Notes under the pieces: model-generated
What the model saw: the letters and a program-made list of their open reading frames with translations, nothing else
What the model was told of the DNA's origin: nothing
Database searches by the model: none
Position numbers and translations under genes: made by a program
Part shown: piece after piece, positions 55,834-60,248 of the stretch
Numbering within the stretch: position 1 is the first letter of the stretch
How the letters are laid out: every line of letters starts with the position of its first letter
Assembly (NCBI GenBank): GCA_015058065.1
Contig: SVDB01000001.1
Coordinates: 1 to 60,248, forward strand
Length of the DNA: 60,248 nt
From: Clostridiales bacterium
GTDB lineage: Bacteria > Bacillota > Clostridia > Peptostreptococcales > Anaerovoracaceae
Direction of reading: 5' to 3'

Positions 55834-57466
55834 CAACCGCATCCTTCCTCTCAAGCTTTCTTATTCTCAGAGAGTTAAGCAGTACTCCGTTTGAGCTAAG
55901 AGCCATTGCCGCGGCAGCTATTGATGGATTGACGATGCCTGCTGCCGCCAGCGGTATGCATATCACGTTATATATGACCGCCCATGTCAGGTTCTGCCGT
56001 ATGTTCCTTACGGTTTCCCTTGACATACTGAACACGAGAGGCAGCGCGCTGATGTTGCTTCCTGCGATCATCACATCCGCCGCATCGATCGCTATATCGG
56101 TCCCGGTGCCCATGGCTATGCCTGTATCTGCGCAGACCAGAGCAGGAGAATCGTTTATGCCGTCTCCTACCATTGCTATAGTCCGCCCTTCGCTTTGGAG
56201 TTTTCTGATGATGTCGGCTTTGTCTGCCGGCTTGACCTCATACACGACCTTCTCCGGTCCGATGCCCAGCTTCATGGCGGCCGTCTTTGCTTTGGCCTCC
56301 TTGTCGCCGCTTATCATGAACACATCCATGCCGCTCTCCTTAAGAGCTGCGACCATTTCTTCAGCGCCGGGTCTGAGCATCTCATCTTCACCCTCCACGG
56401 TCAGCCCCATGGTGAGCGTTCCCGTTTTATCGAATACGATGGTGTCAGTCTTATAAGCGTTCTCAAGCTGCTCTCCTCCTCGAAACAGAATGCCGAGCTC
56501 TGCTGCCCTCCCTGATCCTGTCATTATCGAAGTCGGCGTTGCAAGGCCAAGAGCGCACGGGCACGCGATCACAAGAGTCGAACAAAGACAGGACACAGCC
56601 TGCCCCATGTTTCCCGGGTCGATCACCCAGTACCAGAGGCAAAAGATTCCTGCGGATATCAAAGTCACTACCGGCACGAATACTGTTGCGATCCTGTCCG
56701 CGAGTCTGGCTATCGGCGCCTTTTCATTCTGAGCGTTGCTTACGATATCTATTATTTGCGCGAGCATCGTTTTCTTTGAGATGTCCTCGCATGAGATCTC
56801 AGCGTGTCCCTCTCTTACCAGCGTGCCGCAATACAGTATATCGCCCGCACCCTTGAACACCGATTCGCTTTCGCCCGTCAGCATGGATTCATCTGTCATA
56901 CACGAGCCTGAAATGATCCTTCCGTCGACCGGTATGTGATCACCGGCTCTGACTGGAATGACATCTGCCTCTGTCAGTTCACTTATCTGTACCTCTGTTT
57001 CTTTTCCCTCACGCAGTACAAATGCTGTTTCCGGTCTGAGTCTTATGAGCCTGCGGATCGCAGCGGAAGCTTCATATCTTGAAGTTGTCTCCATGTACTT
57101 TCCGAAAAGGATCAGCGACAAAAGCACGCATTCCGAAAGGAAATATACTTTAGTATTCTGATGTACAGTGAAAGTGACATATGCGCTGTAAAGGTAGATT
57201 ATCGTAGTCGAAAGAGCTACCAGAAAATCCATTCCCAGAACGCCTTCCTTGAGTGATCTGTACGCACCTCTGTAGAAGTAAGATCCCGGCCAGAACTGAA
57301 CGGCGGTAGCGAACAAGAGCTGTATAAGAGGCCTCATGCCCCACATTAGGGGCATGGTAAGAAGGACGCTCGCGCAGAGCGTCCTTAGAAGCTTCATCCG
57401 CTGATGTATATCACTTTCCTCATCCCCGCAGGCCGGGCATGATATATACAGATCTGACGGATCCAC
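55826..57466 (-). CDS. P1B-type (heavy-metal) ATPase homolog lacking the nucleotide-binding N-domain and the N-terminal HMA domain
   Basis: TGES (aa 197-200), CPC (aa 302-304), DKTGT (aa 346-350), SGD (aa 386-388), GDGIND (aa 434-439). Only ~35 aa separate DKTGT from SGD. GTG start lies 1 nt after the upstream TAA. Confidence 0.8.
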   Translation of the reverse strand: MDPSDLYISCPACGDEESDIHQRMKLLRTLCASVLLTMPLMWGMRPLIQLLFATAVQFWPGSYFYRGAYRSLKEGVLGMDFLVALSTTIIYLYSAYVTFTVHQNTKVYFLSECVLLSLILFGKYMETTSRYEASAAIRRLIRLRPETAFVLREGKETEVQISELTEADVIPVRAGDHIPVDGRIISGSCMTDESMLTGESESVFKGAGDILYCGTLVREGHAEISCEDISKKTMLAQIIDIVSNAQNEKAPIARLADRIATVFVPVVTLISAGIFCLWYWVIDPGNMGQAVSCLCSTLVIACPCALGLATPTSIMTGSGRAAELGILFRGGEQLENAYKTDTIVFDKTGTLTMGLTVEGEDEMLRPGAEEMVAALKESGMDVFMISGDKEAKAKTAAMKLGIGPEKVVYEVKPADKADIIRKLQSEGRTIAMVGDGINDSPALVCADTGIAMGTGTDIAIDAADVMIAGSNISALPLVFSMSRETVRNIRQNLTWAVIYNVICIPLAAAGIVNPSIAAAAMALSSNGVLLNSLRIRKLERKDAVDG

Positions 57467-57467
57467 C

Positions 57468-57971
57468 TTATCTACCTTCTTTCAATTTCTTATACTGTTG
57501 CCAACACTTCCACGAGCAAGGCAGGCAAAATACAGGGATGTGGAACAGGAGCACCCAGCTGAGCCAGTCGACACCCTGATAATACGCTCCGTTATAAGTC
57601 ACGCCTTTCATCAGATCAAAGTATGAGAAGTTCCATACTCCCCAGTTACCCGTGAACGATCCACACAGATGGAGAATCAGGAATGATGCTGTCGTAAAGA
57701 CTCCTGCTACCGAGCCGACTATGCTGGCCGAAGGTCTGCCGCTTTTTGCCAGGAAAAGTGTGATGACCGGCAGCACATAAACAGTCAGATTGAGCACCCA
57801 AAGCGAGATAGGTATCGAGTATCCCCAATTGAGCGCCTGACGGATGTGATCGCCGTCATGAACAAGTATGGCGATGATCATAATGATCGAGCATGTAGTG
57901 ATGGTTTTCGCTATGTCCGCAGGCATCCTTTTGTCGAGAAATCCTGCAGTTTTTTCTTCTCTTCTGGACAT
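57468..57971 (-). CDS. hypothetical four-TM membrane protein, first gene of the ATPase operon
   Basis: 167 aa with GGAGG RBS. It has an HDGDH motif after TM1 and a C-terminal CLPCSWKC. I recognise no family. Confidence 0.55.
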   Translation of the reverse strand: MSRREEKTAGFLDKRMPADIAKTITTCSIIMIIAILVHDGDHIRQALNWGYSIPISLWVLNLTVYVLPVITLFLAKSGRPSASIVGSVAGVFTTASFLILHLCGSFTGNWGVWNFSYFDLMKGVTYNGAYYQGVDWLSWVLLFHIPVFCLPCSWKCWQQYKKLKEGR

Positions 57972-57993
57972 TTAGTAACCTCCGCTTTCTTTT

Positions 57994-58009
57994 TCTACCA
58001 TTTGGTAGA
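57994..58009. promoter_or_regulatory. 16-bp perfect palindrome, candidate TetR operator on the operon side
   Basis: TCTACCA-tt-TGGTAGA lies between a possible minus-strand -10 and the GGAGG RBS of the first operon gene. Confidence 0.6.
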
Positions 58010-58049
58010 TTTAAAATATCACAGGTTTTTCCTATGCGCAATAGTTTTA

Positions 58050-58078
58050 TTGACCGTTTGGTAGAAATAATGTAGAAT
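58050..58078 (+). promoter_or_regulatory. tetR-gene promoter overlapped by a second, imperfect operator copy
   Basis: TTGACC (58050-58055), 17-nt spacer, TAGAAT (58073-58078). TGACCGTTTGGTAGA (58051-58065) shares the TTTGGTAGA half-site. Confidence 0.55.
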
Positions 58079-58109
58079 TTTGTCAGATAGAATCATCGGA
58101 GGTATTTGT

Positions 58110-58691
58110 ATGCCTAAAATCGTAGACAGAGATCAGATGCGCATGGATATCCTTATGGCTTTCCAGCGCTGCATAGACGTAAAACCTATAGATACTATTT
58201 CACTTCGCGATATCGCCTCAGAAGCAAACATGGCCCACCCTACACTTCTCCACTACTTTGGATCGAAGGATGAGCTCATACTTGAGTACGTGAAATATAC
58301 CAGGGAGTATATGACGCAGCACTGCATTGACTGGTTCCTTTCACATCCAAGAAGCAACTATGACTCTAATCTTGCTTACATGAACGCATTCATGCAGTAT
58401 GTCGCTGACGGACAGGCAAATGAATTCAGACCTAATGCGACTACACAGACGTATGTCCTGGGTCATTACAGTGAAGAGATCGGCAGAATGGTCACGGATG
58501 AATTCCGTGAATGGCGGGAAGTCATGGAAAAATGTCTGATTCAGATCTATGGAGAAGAAGCCGGTAAAAACGAAGCTGAAGCCATGATGATCCTCATATC
58601 CGGGACATTCATATGCAACTACAACCGCGCCCTTACCGGCAATATAAATGACAATATAATTGGATATCTCAGCAATCTGGCAAAATCATAA
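58110..58691 (+). CDS. TetR/AcrR-family transcriptional regulator
   Basis: N-terminal HTH ISLRDIASEANMAHPTLLHYFGSKDEL. ATG 58110 follows GGAGG. Confidence 0.88.
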   Translation: MPKIVDRDQMRMDILMAFQRCIDVKPIDTISLRDIASEANMAHPTLLHYFGSKDELILEYVKYTREYMTQHCIDWFLSHPRSNYDSNLAYMNAFMQYVADGQANEFRPNATTQTYVLGHYSEEIGRMVTDEFREWREVMEKCLIQIYGEEAGKNEAEAMMILISGTFICNYNRALTGNINDNIIGYLSNLAKS

Positions 58692-58743
58692 GTTTGTACC
58701 CAATCCAGTTTGAATCCTATGTTGATTATCCACATTCTCTGCC

Positions 58744-60195
58744 TCAAATCATATTATTTTCCCAGAATGCCACGGCATCATTGATCCAGCCTTCCGCATT
58801 TGTCCCTGTCCCAAGACCAAATCCATGCGGCAATCCGGTATAAGAGTGAAACTCTGTCGGAATGCCCATCTCAGACATAGCATCAAGCCTGGCTTTCATC
58901 GTACGCCAGTTTGCGATGCCATCGCTTGTTCCAACAGCGCTGTATGTAGGCGGCTCATATCCTGTCACCTCTGAAAGGCCGGTATAATTAACGATGACAG
59001 CAGCAGGATGCGGATACGCTTTCTCACCAAAGTATTCCGTACCGTAAGTTCCGACCCAGTCTGCCATTCTTCCGCCTGCTGAGCCTCCCCACAGAGAGTA
59101 TCCGCCGGTATCAACTTCCAGTTCTTCCGAATGCTCAAAGATAAAGGCAACAGCTCTCGAAAGGTCTTCGCAGGCAGTCTGCCATCCCGGTCTGTATATC
59201 AGGGCGAAAGCGTTATAGCCTTTCTTCGAAAGTTCAAGTGCATGCGGAAAACTGTCGTGCATCGCGCCAACGTATGCAAAGCCGCCTCCCGCATTGCATA
59301 TCGCAAATTTTGCTCCGGGATCACCCTTAAAGAAGAACAGCCCCGTGTCGTTCTTTGCAGGATCGTCCTTCTTCTCTGTTTCTGAATAGATATCGTAAAA
59401 AATGACGTCCCCACTCTCTGCATGAGCCTTCATATAATTGCAGATCTCGACGGTTTTGTCCGGATCGATGTAGTTGTACCATGTCAGCCTGAGATCACCC
59501 AGAGTACTGCCGCTCATATATCCGCTGTTTACGGGGAATATAAGTCTGCCGTAATCTCCGAACGCAGGATCATTTAAAACGTCTGCTGTCGGGGTTTCTT
59601 TTGAATAGTATTCCTCGATCTCTATATCTTCAAAGAACACCGGCAGCGCATTGTACAGGTATTCCCTTACAGCATCAAAATCATGATATCCCCCATCTTT
59701 CTGATAAAAAACGTAATGATCCGGGGTGAATGTTTCATTGCGCGACAGCATCTCATTTGCCATATCGATGCTCTGACTCTTCACTCCGTCTTTCGTTCCG
59801 ACTGCATGATAGATAAAGTACCCGCGCTCATCGAGATCGTTGTCCTTTACAAGCTGCTCTATGAAGTCTACGTTCTTTTCTATCTGAAAATCTCCGTATC
59901 CGCCGTAATACCAGCTGGAGCCGCTCATCGGGAGAAAGTATCTTATGTAATCATAGTCGTAGCAGAACTCAAGCCAGGTCGTAACAGATCCCAGCGAGAA
60001 TCCGCCAAACGCCCGGTGATCTCTCGATGCTTTCAGATCCTCATCTGAGACCGATCTCGCGTAAGTATGGTATTTACCTTCGACCGCCGGCATCAGATCA
60101 TTCTCGAAGTCCTGATGGAACGCCCTGAATGCTCTTACCGAACTGCCAAAATCCGTCCCGGTAAAGTCATTATAGACAATATGAAGTGACCTCAC
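58744..60195 (-). CDS. two-domain esterase (esterase-family domain plus alpha/beta-hydrolase fold-3 domain), 5' end uncertain
   Basis: Two nucleophile elbows are present: GFSLGS (N-terminal half) and GGSAGG (C-terminal half). The ORF begins at a GTG only 7 codons after an in-frame TAA, 53 nt from the window edge. Confidence 0.7.
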   Translation of the reverse strand: MRSLHIVYNDFTGTDFGSSVRAFRAFHQDFENDLMPAVEGKYHTYARSVSDEDLKASRDHRAFGGFSLGSVTTWLEFCYDYDYIRYFLPMSGSSWYYGGYGDFQIEKNVDFIEQLVKDNDLDERGYFIYHAVGTKDGVKSQSIDMANEMLSRNETFTPDHYVFYQKDGGYHDFDAVREYLYNALPVFFEDIEIEEYYSKETPTADVLNDPAFGDYGRLIFPVNSGYMSGSTLGDLRLTWYNYIDPDKTVEICNYMKAHAESGDVIFYDIYSETEKKDDPAKNDTGLFFFKGDPGAKFAICNAGGGFAYVGAMHDSFPHALELSKKGYNAFALIYRPGWQTACEDLSRAVAFIFEHSEELEVDTGGYSLWGGSAGGRMADWVGTYGTEYFGEKAYPHPAAVIVNYTGLSEVTGYEPPTYSAVGTSDGIANWRTMKARLDAMSEMGIPTEFHSYTGLPHGFGLGTGTNAEGWINDAVAFWENNMI

Positions 60196-60248
60196 ATTTG
60201 TAGGAACGCGGATTTACCCGTATACTGAAGTTGCAACCACACAACTCA

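Overview
This is a 60.2-kb chromosomal segment that looks like a Clostridia-class Firmicute. Supporting signs are GGAGG-type ribosome binding sites, many rho-independent terminators, coding GC of roughly 55-60% by eye, and the gene content. I call about 58 protein-coding genes, roughly 80% on the minus strand, often with stop/start overlap. Most encode transport and ion homeostasis, central metabolism or DNA alkylation-damage tolerance: PTS EIIC-like, a K+ channel, a CPA2 antiporter, an alanine/glycine symporter, MscS, two Feo iron systems, a MacB/FtsX-type ABC pump, MFS, EamA, pfkA, tagD, PPIase, an M16 peptidase, an MGMT fusion, dinB and an AlkD-like protein. I saw no rRNA, tRNA, CRISPR array, transposase, integrase or phage genes. 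Five things deserve a second look. (1) An in-frame TGA joins two short ORFs into a 107-codon candidate selenoprotein with a U-C motif and a SECIS-like hairpin. It lies 6 kb from a yedE / tusA-like / DUF3343 selenium-sulfur handling module. (2) A TetR-controlled, translationally coupled four-gene operon has a P1B-type ATPase that keeps TGES, CPC, DKTGT and GDGIND but lacks the whole nucleotide-binding N-domain. (3) A ~1.7-kb AT-rich island carries an orphan PD-(D/E)xK-fold gene and a 785-bp ORF-free tract. That tract holds a five-unit array with an exact 64-bp period and three 49-50-bp double-hairpin repeats in a 3' UTR. (4) Terminator-containing leaders precede the symporter and yedE genes. 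(5) Two Feo systems sit in tandem with a palindromic operator and a 53-aa Cys-rich gene missing from the ORF track. All function calls rest on motif recognition by eye, and no database search was run.
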